Shown here: piece after piece, positions 25,794 to 39,750 of the stretch
How positions within the stretch are numbered: the stretch's first letter is position 1
How the letters are laid out: each line of letters opens with the position of its first letter
Source of the DNA: Octopus sinensis
Lineage: Eukaryota
Reading direction: 5' to 3'
Length of the DNA: 64,000 nt
Assembly: GCF_006345805.1 (NCBI RefSeq)
Contig: NC_043004.1
Location: 25,048,001-25,112,000, forward strand
Translations under genes and position numbers: made by a program
The notes under the pieces: model-generated
The model's input: the letters and a program-made list of their open reading frames with translations, nothing else
Told to the model about the DNA's origin: nothing
Databases searched by the model: none

Positions 25794-26919
25794 AAAAGAA
25801 GGAAAATACACACAGTTTACATAGTTTTAATATATTATAAAATATATTTTATATTGTTTGTACCTCGAAATGATTGGTGAGGAACATCTATCCATGAAAA
25901 GAATGTGTGTCTCGATATGCAGACACATTCGTACATAACAGACGCACGTACATAGTCACACGCATACATACATATATGTATACACATATATATATAAATA
26001 CATACATATATACATACATACATACATACATACATACATACATACATACATACATACATTACATGGAAAAATGAGAGCAAGAGAAATAATATTCTTAAAA
26101 TTATGAACCTGGAAAAGTACAGGACAAGTTATTACATCCGGTAAAGTACAGAACAAGAAAATATTTACTTAAAATATTGTTACAAAGTCAACCAGATAAG
26201 ACGAATTGTTAGGAATCTTTTTAAACTTGTGTCTTATATCCATTGTTCAGATTTCATTGAAATCGGAAATATATGAATGTTCACTGGGTTTGTAAAAGAG
26301 AGCAAAGCTAGAGGAAACCAAAAGACGAATGATCACAATAAGCAGTCACCTAACCTACCCTAGTCGCTACCAATTCCCAATGTAGGATTCTTCACCATAT
26401 AGGTGACCGGCACAGCCGTAAAATGCACTACAGACCTATAGCAACTGGAAGGGCGTGACCCGACTCAAATAAACATTAACAACTGTGTGACGTTAGGGCT
26501 AAGGGGAAATGAAGGTGTCACCTCTGGAGTTTGCCAATGATCACTATGCCGGTAAGTAACTGAACAGAATAAAGTTGTAATTTATAAATCTCTTTAAATG
26601 ACCAATCACTTATCTGGAAAGGACTTGAAATCAATGTTACCGCCTGGGGACTATCTCTGACTCAGTGAGAATTAAAAAAAACTCAAAAGAGGTCTGCAAC
26701 TAAATAACTTTACTTACAAAAACGCTTTGCAACTGAATCAGTGGAGGCAAAGATACGTCTTCTTTGCTTGACAATTTATGCACCATATTGCAGAAATAAC
26801 AATTTAAGTATATATCAAAGCAAACTCTTACACTGCTGTACCATTGAATTACAAATAACTCTCATCTTGTATCCTTGGGTGACTCTACAGCTTCCAAGAC
26901 TACAATTGTATTCGTCTTG

Positions 26920-27640
26920 GTTTAGGAAAAATGACTAAACTGTAGGGGTTAAGCCCCCATTAAGAGGTCTTACTAACTCCTAAGAAGTTGAAATTTAGGG
27001 AATATTACTTCATTTGTGTCTAATAACCATGGTTAATGTTTCATCAACAGCAAAAACATGAATTTTCATGGGGGTTACAGCCTCATTTATGCCCCTTCAC
27101 TTTCAAAAATATATTGCATTACATCTGTCCTTATGCATAGAATATAATTTCCAAATTTCATAAAGATCCATTCAGTACTTTTGATCTTGCTTTAGATCAT
27201 AAAAAATGATCCCTCGTTAGGGAGTCTTAGAATCCTCATGAGAAGCGGAAACTTTGGGAATACTTCTTGATTTGTGTCAATTACCTATAGTTGACATTTC
27301 ATGAACATCGGAAATTTGTGAATTTTCATGGGAGTGGGGTTTAATCCCCTTCAAGCTCCCTCAGATGCAAACCAAACATACTGCATTATACCCGCCCTTA
27401 TGCATTCAATCTAAGTTCCAAATATCATAAGGATCCATTCAGTAATTTTGATCCACGAAAAATGACTAAAATGTGGGGGTTAAATCATCCAAAGAAATGG
27501 AAATTTTGGGTATATTTTAAAATTTATTTCTAATACCTATGGTTCAAATTTCATCAAAATCCAAAAAAAAAGAATTTTCACGGTGGTTGGGTGGGAGTGT
27601 TCTGCCCCCCCCCACTTTCTGCCCCCTCAAAATTGTATAA
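26920..27640. mobile_element. Decayed Helitron-like element with ~260-bp internal tandem units
   Basis: Repeated ccaaat(t/a)tcataa(a/g)gatccattcagta..tttgatc and gaattttcatggg blocks. Confidence 0.5.
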
Positions 27641-27940
27641 AATATTATTTTATTATTTTTATCTTGGACATGATGAGTGACTATATTTAAATTGAATTTA
27701 CTTTATTGTTATCAGTTTGAAAATATAGCCACGAAACACGTGTAGTCTATTTACTAATTATATACTATTTATTTATTATTTCGTACTTTATTTAGTTCTC
27801 GGTAAATGTTTTATCGTATCTTTAATATTTTTCTATATGGTATGATTTAATTATATCATTGTTGAATTGCAACATGGTAGTTCTTCTCTAATATATATAT
27901 ATATATGGAGTTAAACGCAGGTGTTATTAAAATTCTTTTG

Positions 27941-28035
27941 CTTCCGACACATGTTTCGAAGACATCATTGGTATATTGGCATTATTCCAAAGGAATGAAA
28001 TGGTGTAAAACAACGTAATCTTCTCTTCAGGGGAA
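27941..28035 (-). ncRNA. Type-I hammerhead with canonical core and a long stem II insertion
   Basis: ttccc-CTGAAGA-gaaga...tcttc-GAAA-catgtg-TC-ggaag. Confidence 0.65.
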
Positions 28036-28204
28036 TGAAGAAATTAAACTCGTCAATGAGATATTTTAACAGAATGTGATGGATATGTATAGTGATGAAC
28101 AAGGGAAAAATACACATATCTCTGTCAATCTACCTACCTACCTACCTACCTACCTACCTACCTACCTACCTACCTACCTACCTATCTATCTATCTATCTA
28201 TCTA

Positions 28205-28240
<36 letters not shown>

Positions 28241-28241
<1 letters not shown>

Positions 28242-28990
28242 GAGCAAAACGACCCCCGTCCAATGGACGGTGCTGAGTTGTTAAACATTTAAACCAAATT
28301 TACTCAAGACAACTTGTCCCACCGTCCCATAGGCCTCCCCTTTGAGAAACACTGATTTGACCTAAATTTGAGACACCAACAAAAGAAGAAATAAAGAAAA
28401 ACGATTTTATTCACACAAATATGCAACCGAAGAGTTTAAAGTAGCAGTAATGACAAGGCTGTTGACTGGGAAAACACAAACATGGTTTAAACAGTAAGCT
28501 TGGCAGGAAAGAAACGTGTACAAAAACAACAAAAAATGGAAGGTGCAGTTATGCACCAGTTGACGGAAGAAAAGCAGGACAAAAACGATGCATGGGTTAG
28601 CTGGAGGTAAATCTAGATGGAAAAGCATGATGAATTTATGAGAACGTACCTGGGACAATAATAAGTTTATCCGATAAAACATGTAGGGAATCAACTTGGG
28701 GCGATTTTTGATGAAAATTAAATATACTGCATTATTTCAAGCCAGCCGGCTTTTTTTGCGTAAACTGCATGTGCATTTTTCTCGCGTACGCGTAGTATCG
28801 ATCGCAACAGCTGATCGATTTTATCGATCGCATTCTCACCTGGAATCGGTTTTTGTAATTTTTTCAAGACTTATACACGCCTTAATACCATCGGTATCTA
28901 CATATCAAATTTGAGCGCAATCGGATGGAGGATGCCCGAGATTCTCGAAGACACACATACAGACAGACACAACGGATTTTATATAATAGA
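28241..28990 (-). mobile_element. Non-autonomous Helitron-like element
   Basis: Minus strand starts TCtattatataaaa and ends with the hairpin ccgtcca-t-tggacgg then CTCG (CTRR-like); inserted at A|T. Confidence 0.7.
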
Positions 28991-29854
28991 TATATGTATG
29001 TATGTTTGTATGTATGTATATATATGTACGTCGCTCTCTTTTTTCTCTCTTAGTCTCTCTTTCTTCCCCCATCTATTGTTAATGTCCTCTATCTTCAAAA
29101 TTATTGTCAGATCATCTCTGTATGATTCATTTCCAGGTGGAGGGGTGACGGTAATCGGGAACATAGACAACGACCAAAACTCGAAGTTTTAAAGTTAAAG
29201 GAACCTCAAGCGAAGCATGAGGAGTGCGTGAGACACATGTTTCTAAATGTGACTACACACAAACATAGTAACACTCGTATATTCCTTTATACATATGCAC
29301 ACCATGCACAAACATATACACGCATGCATTTGTCCAACATGCGCATACACACTCACGTAACTGTTTATGTATTTACGGGAACAATTTTCAATATGTACGT
29401 GTAAGCTAGATTTCATAAATATTTCGTCAATAAAATGGACGATAAAATGTCATGTACTATAAATATTTACGTTAATCTGACTAATGGGGATGTTGATGCA
29501 GATTAGGGGAAAAAAATCAACCTCTGTCGTCAAGAGAGTGACGTCACTGTAACGTCATTCGATTTTTAAGTCAGATTAAGTGACAAAAAAAGGAATAACT
29601 TTTACTACACACATGGTGTCAAACCGAGAGAAGCAAAGCTAGATTCCTTGATCACTGCTTTTTTACTTTTTCCCTTTCCCTTCCTCCTTTTCCTCCTTTT
29701 CTCCTCATTGTTATTATTATCATCATAATGTTCACTTCCTCTTTCTTCTATCCCTTTTCCACCAATAGCAGCACCGCCACCACCACCATCACTAGCACCC
29801 GCACCAGCACCATCACTACCACCATCGGACAAAATTCTTAGTGGCATTTTCTCT

Positions 29855-30012
29855 CTCTTTACGATCTGAGTTCAAATTTCACCGAGGTCGACTTTGCCTT
29901 TCATCCTTTCGGAGTCGATAAAATAAGTGCTAGTGAAATACTGGGGTTGATGAAATCGACTTACCTCCTCCCCCAAAATTTCAGGCCTTGTGCCTATAGC
30001 AGAAAGGATTAT
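29855..30012 (+). mobile_element. SINE family 2, alternative tail
   Basis: ctgagttcaaattt...gtcgactttgcctttcatcctttcgg...ccccaaaatttcaggccttgtgcc. Confidence 0.8.
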
Positions 30013-30312
30013 TACCTCCACCTGAGCGAAGGCGGAGGTATTGTTTTCAGTCGTGTTTGTTTGTTTGTTTGTTTGTTTGTTTGTCCGTGGATATTTGGCC
30101 TCGTGACTGGTACGAACTGATTAGATTTTGGGATCGATCCAGTACCAGACAAGAATTCTGGATTTTTTCCCGTTTTTTTTTTTACTTAATTTTTGAGAGC
30201 GGTCGGGTTCATTTTTAGTATTATCGTTTGTGAGAGCAGTCGATTTCAGATATTCGCATTTTTCAAAATCATCTCCAGTTAATCGTTGAGAGGACGTTGG
30301 TGTTGGCTTGGT
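30011..30312 (+). mobile_element. HINE/DINE-1-like (Helentron-associated) element
   Basis: attacctcc..cc...ggcggaggta hairpin, (GTTT)n microsatellite, gattagattttggg body. Confidence 0.6.
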
Positions 30313-30349
30313 AAGCTGTAACTTATAACTGGGACGGCTAGAGTGTTAA

Positions 30350-31102
<753 letters not shown>

Positions 31103-31459
31103 ACATTTGATAGCTTGAGGCAGATTTCTGCCGCATCACCTGTTACACATCTGTGTTCCTGAGGTGTGTGCAGCATTGTAAATTTCTTTTTTGTTTACAG
31201 GGAGGTGCAAACTCTTCCCGGTATTGTATTGCATCAGCTAGTCTTGTCATGGTGTTTGGCTCGAGGCTTTTGTTGTTCTAGTGTTTGTATTGTGCGTTGT
31301 GTGTAATGCGAGTTGTGTCCCTCTGTTGGGTATCCGGCCTGTAGAGTACATGTGGGAATTGTTTATTGGACATTTGCTGTATAAAGTGTGTCTTGTGCTT
31401 GTGAATTGTTCTTATTTGGGTTGCATTATTGAATTGATATTGTCTTGCGTAGGATGTAG

Positions 31460-31857
31460 GCTGTTCCTAGGAGGGCTATCTTCAGGATCCAGGTATAGCT
31501 TCTATGGTTTTGTTCATGTTTTTCATCATACCCAGTGCTTCAATTATTACTAGTATTGTTTTCGCTTTCTTATCCTCTATCTTGAATACTTCAATTTCGA
31601 GATGTATATACTTTGACAATTTCTCCGCACCTTTTTGGCCAAAGTTTTGGTTCGAAGTGGCTGCAATGTCTATTAGTAAGCAGGGTTTTTTTTTGCTCCA
31701 ATCCTTGATTATTATGTCCGGGAGATTAGATTTTATTTCTTTGTCAGTTTGAACAGGCATATTCCAGTTGACTTTGGCTTGGTCGTTGTCACGTATCTTG
31801 TTCGGAACATGTTTATACCATTTCTTATTAGTTTTTATGTAGTAGCGTTCGTGTCTA
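31460..31857 (-). mobile_element. R4/Dong-type RLE fragment
   Basis: WNMPVQTDKEIKSNLPDIIIKD...CLLIDIA...EKLSKY..LEIE...VIIEALG. Confidence 0.8.
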
Positions 31858-32090
31858 TTCTTCTTCTTCTTCTTCTTCTTCTTCTTCTTCTTCTTCTTCT
31901 TCTTCTTCTTCTTCTTCTTCTTCTTCTTCTTCTTCTTCTTCTTCTCTTTTTTCTTCTTCTTCTTTTTTTTCTTCTTCTTCTTCTTCTTCTTCTTCTTCTT
32001 CTTCTTCTTCTTCTTCTTCTTCTTCTTCTTCTTCTTCTTCTTTCTTCTTCTTCTTCTTAATCTTCTTCTTCTTCTTCTTCTTCTTCTTCG
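31858..32090. repeat. (TTC)n microsatellite
   Basis: Seen directly. Confidence 0.95.
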
Positions 32091-32110
32091 TTGTAGCAGT
32101 AGTAGTAGTA

Positions 32111-32308
32111 AAGCGGTAAGCTGGCAGAATCATTAGTACACCGGGCAAAATGCTTAGTGGTATTTCGTCCATCTTCAAATTCCAACGAGGTCGACTTTGC
32201 CTTTCGTCCTTTCGTGGTCGATAAGATAAGCACCAGTTGAGTACTGAGATCGATGCAACCGACTTACTCCTCCTCCGAAAATGCCGACCTTATGCCAAAA
32301 TTAGAATC

Positions 32309-32343
<35 letters not shown>
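32111..32343 (+). mobile_element. SINE family 2 with (TTA)n tail
   Basis: aagcggtaagctggcagaatcattag...gtcgactttgcctttcgtcc. Confidence 0.8.
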
Positions 32344-32344
<1 letters not shown>

Positions 32345-32454
32345 AATACGCACAACAGATTAAACTGCTGGAAAAGAAAAATTCCTAACCTCGGGCTACA
32401 ACAAGTAACTTTAGATGCCAAGAACCCGTCTAAGTATCCCAGCTGTCCCTAATA

Positions 32455-32945
32455 ACACTGTGCTAACTGGATTTTATGCCTATTTCATGTTCAAAATCAT
32501 TTGGGAAAGTTCCTATAACTACTGGGGTACATTTTACCCACACTTTCCATAGTCTCTGTAGTTCAAACGTTAGGTCCTGGTACTTTACTATTTTCTCTAT
32601 ACCGCTCATATTAATTCTTTCATCATTTGGGACTGTAAAGTCAATTATCTGGCACTTTCTATTCTCTTTATCTGCTATCAGTAAATCATGTCTTCTAGCT
32701 TCTATTACTCTGTTTTGTCAGAATGTTAAAGTCCTACAACATCCTATAATTCTTACTTTCTAGTACATTTCTCGGTTCATGTTCATACCATTTATCAGTA
32801 TGGTCAAATCTTAGCTTTCTACATAACTTCTAGATTGTCATGTCTTTTCTTGCGTTCTTTCTGTGCCAGCATGCTACATTCACTTACTATATGAATAACA
32901 ATTTCCTCTATTGATTTGTATAACTTACACTGCTGCTTGCCCTTC
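32455..32945 (-). mobile_element. R4/Dong-type CCHC plus RLE fragment (further family)
   Basis: ECSMLAQKERKKRHDN...KWYEHEP...IEARRHDLLI...CQIIDFTVP...KYQDL..ELQRLW..PVVIG. Confidence 0.8.
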
Positions 32946-33466
32946 TGTTTCATCTTGGTGCTTTTGTGCTGCTCTCTCTCTCCCTCTCTTTGGATATCTC
33001 TCCTTTGTGCAATTAGGCGCTCCTTTTGATTTTGACGTCTTCGAGCCTGTCTTCTTGCATCTTGTGCTAGTCTCTCTCGTCTACTTCTTGTGATTGATTC
33101 AATAATCCTAATATATTGTTTAATCTTGCGTCCAGTTCTTCCCGGGTGAGACTAGCTGTTCGTCGTCTTTGCTTCTCTCTGGATAACCTTTGCATTCTCT
33201 CTGATTCATTCTCCATAGCAGGTGGGTGAGTATATTTAATACAACGGAACTCAAACTTCAAAACGAATGAATATGTGTGTGTGTATGTATGCGTGCGTGT
33301 GTGTGTGTATACGGTAGTTTATTTATATTCCTATACGTAACCATACAAAGTTCAAAATTACACAGGATTACATTGACGGCATACACACAGAGACTTATTA
33401 TCATTTTTTTCCAGCAACGTCTACACGTTCTCTATCTCTGTCTGTCGCTGTCTCTCTCTCAATCTT

Positions 33467-35181
33467 GAGCCATTACTACGGAAGCTGGCGACGCTGAGGA
33501 GCATCCACGAGAGCTGGGATGCGGGAGGAGCGTGTCTGCATACGCGGACGACGTCACCGTCATAGTGTCGAGTCACAAACACATCGACCTGGTCGATGAG
33601 ACACTAAAAGAATACGAAGCGGTAACGGGAGCAAAAATTAACCGGGAAAAGTCAGTGGACTTGCGGCTCGGCACCCGGAGAAGCAAGCCAATACCGTCCA
33701 ACAGCGTCTCCATCGTGGGACGCTGGACTGACGGACTGGATAAATTGCTCGGAGTCTGGTCCGGACCTCCAAATGGAGAAGAACTGGGGCGAAATAACGA
33801 CTAGGGTGGCCACTCTCGCACAGCAATGGGCCGAGAGGAAGCTATCCATAAAAGGTCGGGTGGAGGTGGCGAACGCGTACATCACTTCCGTCATCGATTA
33901 CCGTCTGACCGTCGTGCCTTGTCCCGACCCTACCATCACAAACTGGAACGCATACGCTTCCGCTTCTTGTGGAAGGGAAGCATTCCGATTGTTAGGAGAT
34001 CCATTTACTGTCAACACCCGCTAAATGGAGGGCTAGGCATGCTGTGGTTGATGATGCGCAGACACGCGCTGAGACTGCGACATCTCCGGCGCTTCATAGA
34101 CGACGGTAAACAGGTGTGTTCGCCGTTTGAGCGGCGCGCTTTCCCGTAGCTCGTTTCCTTGGCCGATCTGCAGTCGTGGATCAAACAGAGACCGAGGCTC
34201 GGCGAATGGCACCGCGAGTGTCACCTTGCTCTCAAGCAACTCTGCCATTGGGAACCAAACTTGTGCGTCTTCATTACAACAAAGGCGTTCTATAGAGGAT
34301 TAGTGGAGGGGAGGTGCGACGACGTTCTCGGGCAGAATCTGGGCGTCAACGAGGAACATCTGAACCGCCTGTTCAGAACAAACTTCGGGCCGGGACCTAT
34401 GGACAATCATCAAAGACCCCTGGCCTGGCAGTGCTATCGAGAAGCATTACTCGTTCGGGATAAGCTCTACAGGCACGTTTCGAGACTCACCGGACCGACT
34501 TGCCCGAGATGTGGTCAGATCGACGAAATCGTTCTGCACACACTCGTGCAGTGTCCAACCATTTCGGACCTGTGGTTTTATGCCGAACGGCTGCGGTCAC
34601 GTGTGGGACGAGTCCGTCAGTCGGCCGAGTCTATCGTGAAAATTGCTCCGCCACCTTCCCTCAACCGGAAAGACAAGGCGGTCTTCATCAAACTGGTGGC
34701 CATGGTGAAAGAATGTGTGTGGTGGACTCGAGCGAAAGGATTAGAGACAAACACTTACCTCTCTGGCTAATCGCTCGTCAACTTTTTCAAGTACCACTTG
34801 AAAAGGAAGGTGAGAATAGAGTGGCAGATTTTGTCTCGTGAAAGTTTCAAAAAAGGCGGGTGAATGTAGTAAAGATGGTGCATGCGAGTGACGAAACCAA
34901 TTTGAGCATGATCCTGTAAATCGAAGAGAGAGAGAGAGCACTGAAGTTACCGTGGTCTTTTTGGCAGGCTTTTCTTTCGACGGATAAACCTAATCTTATA
35001 TTTACATTTTTAAAATTCTTCTGTGATACACGACCCCTTTTCATCGTCCCCACCCCGATCCCTTTTGATAGGAATTTTACTTCTTTTCCTATTTTCCCCC
35101 TTTTTTTTCCTTTTCGAAAAGAAAAGCTCTACATTTGTATTTGTCCCCTCTGTGTTCAGCCCTGTGTGGCCAATAAAGAAA
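33467..35181 (+). mobile_element. 5'-truncated Tx1/L1-clade LINE (RT end, CCHC, 3' UTR)
   Basis: SAYADDVTV...GAKINREKS, LSIKGRVEVANAYI, FRFLW...GGLGM, CPRCGQIDEIVLHTLVQC; frameshifts; ends ...gtggccaataaagaaa before (CTAC)n(CTAT)n. Confidence 0.92.
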
Positions 35182-35318
35182 GTTATCTACCTACCTACCT
35201 ACCTACCTAACTAACTAACTAACTACCTACCTACCTACCTACCTACCTACCTACCTATCTACCTACCTACTTACCAACCAACCTACCTACCTACCTACCT
35301 ACCTACCTACCTACCTAC

Positions 35319-35410
<92 letters not shown>

Positions 35411-35467
35411 TAATCTAACTATCAACTACCTATCCGCACCATCTCCACTATCTCTCTCTCTATCTCA

Positions 35468-35509
<42 letters not shown>

Positions 35510-35746
35510 GTCGAGTAAGAGAGACACAGTCAGAGCGAACGGTTGGAATAATGACAAATTAGTCGTACTTTATTTAAATCTATATAATCTCCAATGAGCT
35601 TTAGTCGAATTAACAAAATCAAACAGCTGGGTTCTTCGGTTAATTTTACATTTTAAGTTTCGAAAATCTTTTACTACTGTTACTGATGACAATAGTAGTG
35701 ATAATATTGACGACGACGATGACGACAATATAAGATGATGATGAAA

Positions 35747-35778
<32 letters not shown>

Positions 35779-35979
35779 GACGACGAAAATGATGACGAAG
35801 AAGGTGGTGGTGGTGGTGATGATGATTAGATGTGGGCGAAATCTTATTCGTCAATATTGGAAAATAAACAGAAAATCTCAAGGAATTCATATCATTCCCT
35901 GGTGAACAAACATACCATTATATAGATCGGCAAAGAATGTTTGTTTGTATGTATGTATGCATGTAAGTGTATGTATGTA

Positions 35980-37582
35980 CAGTTGCGGCCAAAATGTTCC
36001 GAACGGCATTATTTTCGTCAGAAAAGTAGATATAAGTTTTTATCAAAGTTGTTTTATATTCTATAATTTTCACAGACAATAAATACAATATTAATTGTTA
36101 TTGTCTTAGATTTTGGTGTAATTTGAGAGGATAATACAAAAGTTATGGATGATTTAGTGATTTACTGCAAAACCCATGGCGGCCAAAAGTATCAGAACGG
36201 TTGAAAAAATAATAAAAATAATCAAAAATGACAGAGAATACTGGAATTATTTAATATTTAACGTGAAGTCCTTTAGCTTCAATCACACTCTGACATCTTC
36301 GACTGCATGAGGAAATTAAACTTTCAATTTATTGCTAGGTGATCTTATTCCATTCTTCCTGAAGGGCATTCCATAATTGCTCAGTTGTTTTAGGATTTCT
36401 GGCTTTCGAACGTTCTCCTAGAATATTCCACACATTTTCAATAGGATTGAGATCTGGGCTTTGAGCTGGCCAATCCATAACAATAACCTTTTCAGCCTTG
36501 AGGAAGTTCATGACTACCTTAACCTTGTGACATGGGGCATTGTCCTGCATGAATATGGGTGGTCGCTTAGTTGAATTTCTCAGCACAAGCAAGACATGAT
36601 CTTTTACAAATTGTTTATAAACTCCTGCATTTACCTTTCCATGTAATCGCACCAAAGGGCCCACACCATCTCCAGATATCATTCCCCAAACCATGACACT
36701 TCCTCCACCGAATTTAACACTAGTCTTAAGGCATTTAGGCAACAATTTTTCACCTACTTTTATAGCATAAACTTAGATTCATCACTGAAATGCACCGTTT
36801 GCCATTTTTCTTGAGATCATAACACATGTTCGGTTGCAAAGGTAAGACGACACTTTTTATTCCTGGAGCTGATCAGTAACTTCACTGCAGGTGCTCTTGC
36901 TTGTAGGTCATGTTCAACTAAACGACGAGACACAGTTTTTCGAGATAAAGTTTTCTTCAATACAATGCTCATTTTCCGAGAAACAGCAGCAGCAGCAGTT
37001 TTAAATCTGTCCTTTTTAACCAACTTTACCATAGCACGATCTTCTCTCTTGGTCGTTTTTCTTGGCCTACCTGTAAACTTTCTTGCTTCACACGAACCCC
37101 AATCATCGTAGACCTTAAGAATACCGTGTACAACACTTTTTGACTTGTTAACAATCTTTGCAATAGATCCAATACTTAAATTATCCTTCCTTCGAAGCTT
37201 AATAATCTGCTGACGAATTGGTAACAGAGTAAGTGGTATTATATTAACAAAGTACACTGCAAATATTCTTACTAATGTTTAGTAAACGAACCGTCACGTA
37301 AACAAATTCAAAACATTAGAGTTCGCCGGTTAAATATACTAAAACACGGAGTAAAAGCAACCGTTCTGATCATTTTGGCCGCCATGGGTTTTGCAGTAAA
37401 TCACTAAATCATCCATAACTTTTTTATTATCCTCTCAAATTACACCAAAGTCTCAGGCAATAACAAATAATATCGTATTTATTGTCTGTGAAAATTATAG
37501 ACTATAAAACAACTTTGATAAAAAATTATATATACTTTTCTGACGAAAACAATGCCGTTCTGAACATTTTTGGCCGCAACTG
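35980..37582 (-). mobile_element. Tc1 (DD34E) transposon with ~220-bp IR/DR-type TIRs; transposase pseudogene about 36256-37257
   Basis: TA TSDs; TIRs 35980-36202 and 37361-37582; GRPRKTT, FSDES, VKFGGGSVMVWG, QDNAPCH...WPAQSPDLNPIE with 34 residues between D and E. Confidence 0.95.
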
Positions 37583-37643
37583 TATGTATACATGTATGTA
37601 TGTAACTTCAGAACCATACGTATATAAATATATGTATATGTAT

Positions 37644-37706
<63 letters not shown>

Positions 37707-37708
<2 letters not shown>

Positions 37709-38460
37709 GAGGGCTGGTCGATAAGTATCCGGACTATTGCCATAACAAAGCTAACACACGCAGAGTAAAGCCGCTTGGCACAGATTGACCTTACCTTGAA
37801 CTCTGCTGCGCATGCGCACTAAGTTTTAACGTTCTAGCTTACTTCTGCTGTTTACTTCTGCTTGGAAAGAAGGTGTGTAGCATGTGATCGTCGTATTGAC
37901 CATAACAGAGTGAGAGGCCAACGCAAAGTTGCAGAAAGTGTATGAAGAGGAGTGTGTGAGCAGCACACAAGTGTATGAATGATTCAGATGTTTCCAAGAT
38001 GGCCGAAAAAATGTCGATATTGACGAACGTTCTAGAAGACCTACAACTAGCAGAACTGAGGAAAACATTGCAGATATGCGTGCAGCTGAGGGGAAATAGT
38101 CGAATCACCATCCGTGAGTTATCAGAGGATGTGCATATTAGTTACGGTTCAATTCAGTCCATTATCACTGAAGATTTGTGTATGAAACGTGTGTCTGCCA
38201 AGCCTGTGCCAAAACTGATTTTAGCTGATCAAAAATACACTCGGTTTTCAGTTTCACAAGATACTTGATTGTATCAGGAACGATGAAATCTCTTTGGAAA
38301 CTTTGTGTATGCTTCTGAGCAGGTATCGCCAAGCTTTTGGCAAAATTTGAAGTAAATTCTCTGTTCAACTTTCTCTGTCATGGTCAATGCGACCATGACA
38401 GAGAAAGTTGTCATGGTCACACGCTACACATGTTCCTTCGAAGCACTGCTGTTAGCAGCA
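37707..38460 (+). mobile_element. Mariner-derived element (N-terminal transposase relic plus inverted second left end)
   Basis: ta-cgaggg...taagtatccggac TIR; RITIRELSEDVHISYGSIQSIITEDLCMKRVSAKPVPK HTH region. Confidence 0.85.
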
Positions 38461-38855
38461 GAAGTACGCTAATTTTCTTGCTAATTTCTATTATTCGGCC
38501 AAAACAGCCCTATTGAATACTACCGGTCAAACGACCGTGCTTCAATTCCTCATTGCTCCTTCTCTCTCTTATATTTTTTCTTTTTTCCTGCTTTTGATCC
38601 TTATTTCTCTCTACATTTATACATTTCCCTCTTCTGATGTGCTCTCTACACATTCTGATTGAATCTCCCTTGCGACAATGTAAACTTTCATTTAATCAAG
38701 ATATCCTTGGCCTGTAGAGTAGTCTGCAGTATACACCCCGCTTGGATGTTTACCACTTCTGAAGTCGCACTCGCTATGAAACATGTAACATATATCACAA
38801 ACATTATTTGAGTCACCTAATGTTCGCTTATTCCTCATCCTTCTTGGCTCATTAT

Positions 38856-38902
<47 letters not shown>

Positions 38903-39036
38903 ACACACACACACACATGTACACACACAAACACAAACACACGTATGTATTTAGGTGGAATTGACTCTTAAATGGTACCTCGGAATTATGGTTGTGCAAT
39001 ACCTGATAACAGAAAACATTGTATATATATGCACAC

Positions 39037-39069
<33 letters not shown>

Positions 39070-39394
39070 GTGTGTGTGTGTGTGTGTGTGTGTGTGTGCA
39101 TATATATGCATATATATATATGTATATATAAATATATACATATATGTATAAATATATATGTATATATGTATTTATATGTATATATATATATATATGTGTG
39201 TGTATATCTATGCATATATGTATATATGTATATATATGTATATATATATGTATATATATGCATTTATACATATATATATGTATATATATGCATTTATACA
39301 TAGATGTATATATATGTATATGTATATATATTTGTATATATGTGTATATATTTGTGTATATACATATATATCTATATACATATACATGTGTGCA

Positions 39395-39750
39395 TTTATT
39401 TGTTTCAGTCATTTTGACTGCAGCCATGCTGGGGCACTGCCTTTACTCGAGTAAATCGACCCCAGGACTTATTCTTTGTAGGCCTAGTACTTATTCTATC
39501 GGTCTCTTTTGCCGAACCGCTAAGTTACGGGGACATAAACACACCAGCATCTGTTGTCAAGCGATGCTGGGTGGCGGGGACAAACACAGACACACAAACA
39601 TACACACAAATCATATATATATATATATATATATACATACGACAGGCTTCTTTCAGTTTCTGTCTACCAAATCCACTCTCAAAGCTTTGGTCGGCCTGAG
39701 GCTATAGTAGAAGACTGAAATTGGAACTGCTTACCACACAGCCACTCCTG
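39395..39750 (-). mobile_element. SINE family 1
   Basis: Tail 39395-39600, deleted head 39640-39750. Confidence 0.85.

Noticed and set aside
26320-26580. Possible solo LTR or structured RNA
   Set aside because: No TG..CA termini with TSD, and no ribozyme core that I could parse
38755-38792. CTGAAGT...GAAA-catg-TA hammerhead candidate
   Set aside because: Weak stem II and no convincing stem I; at best a fossil
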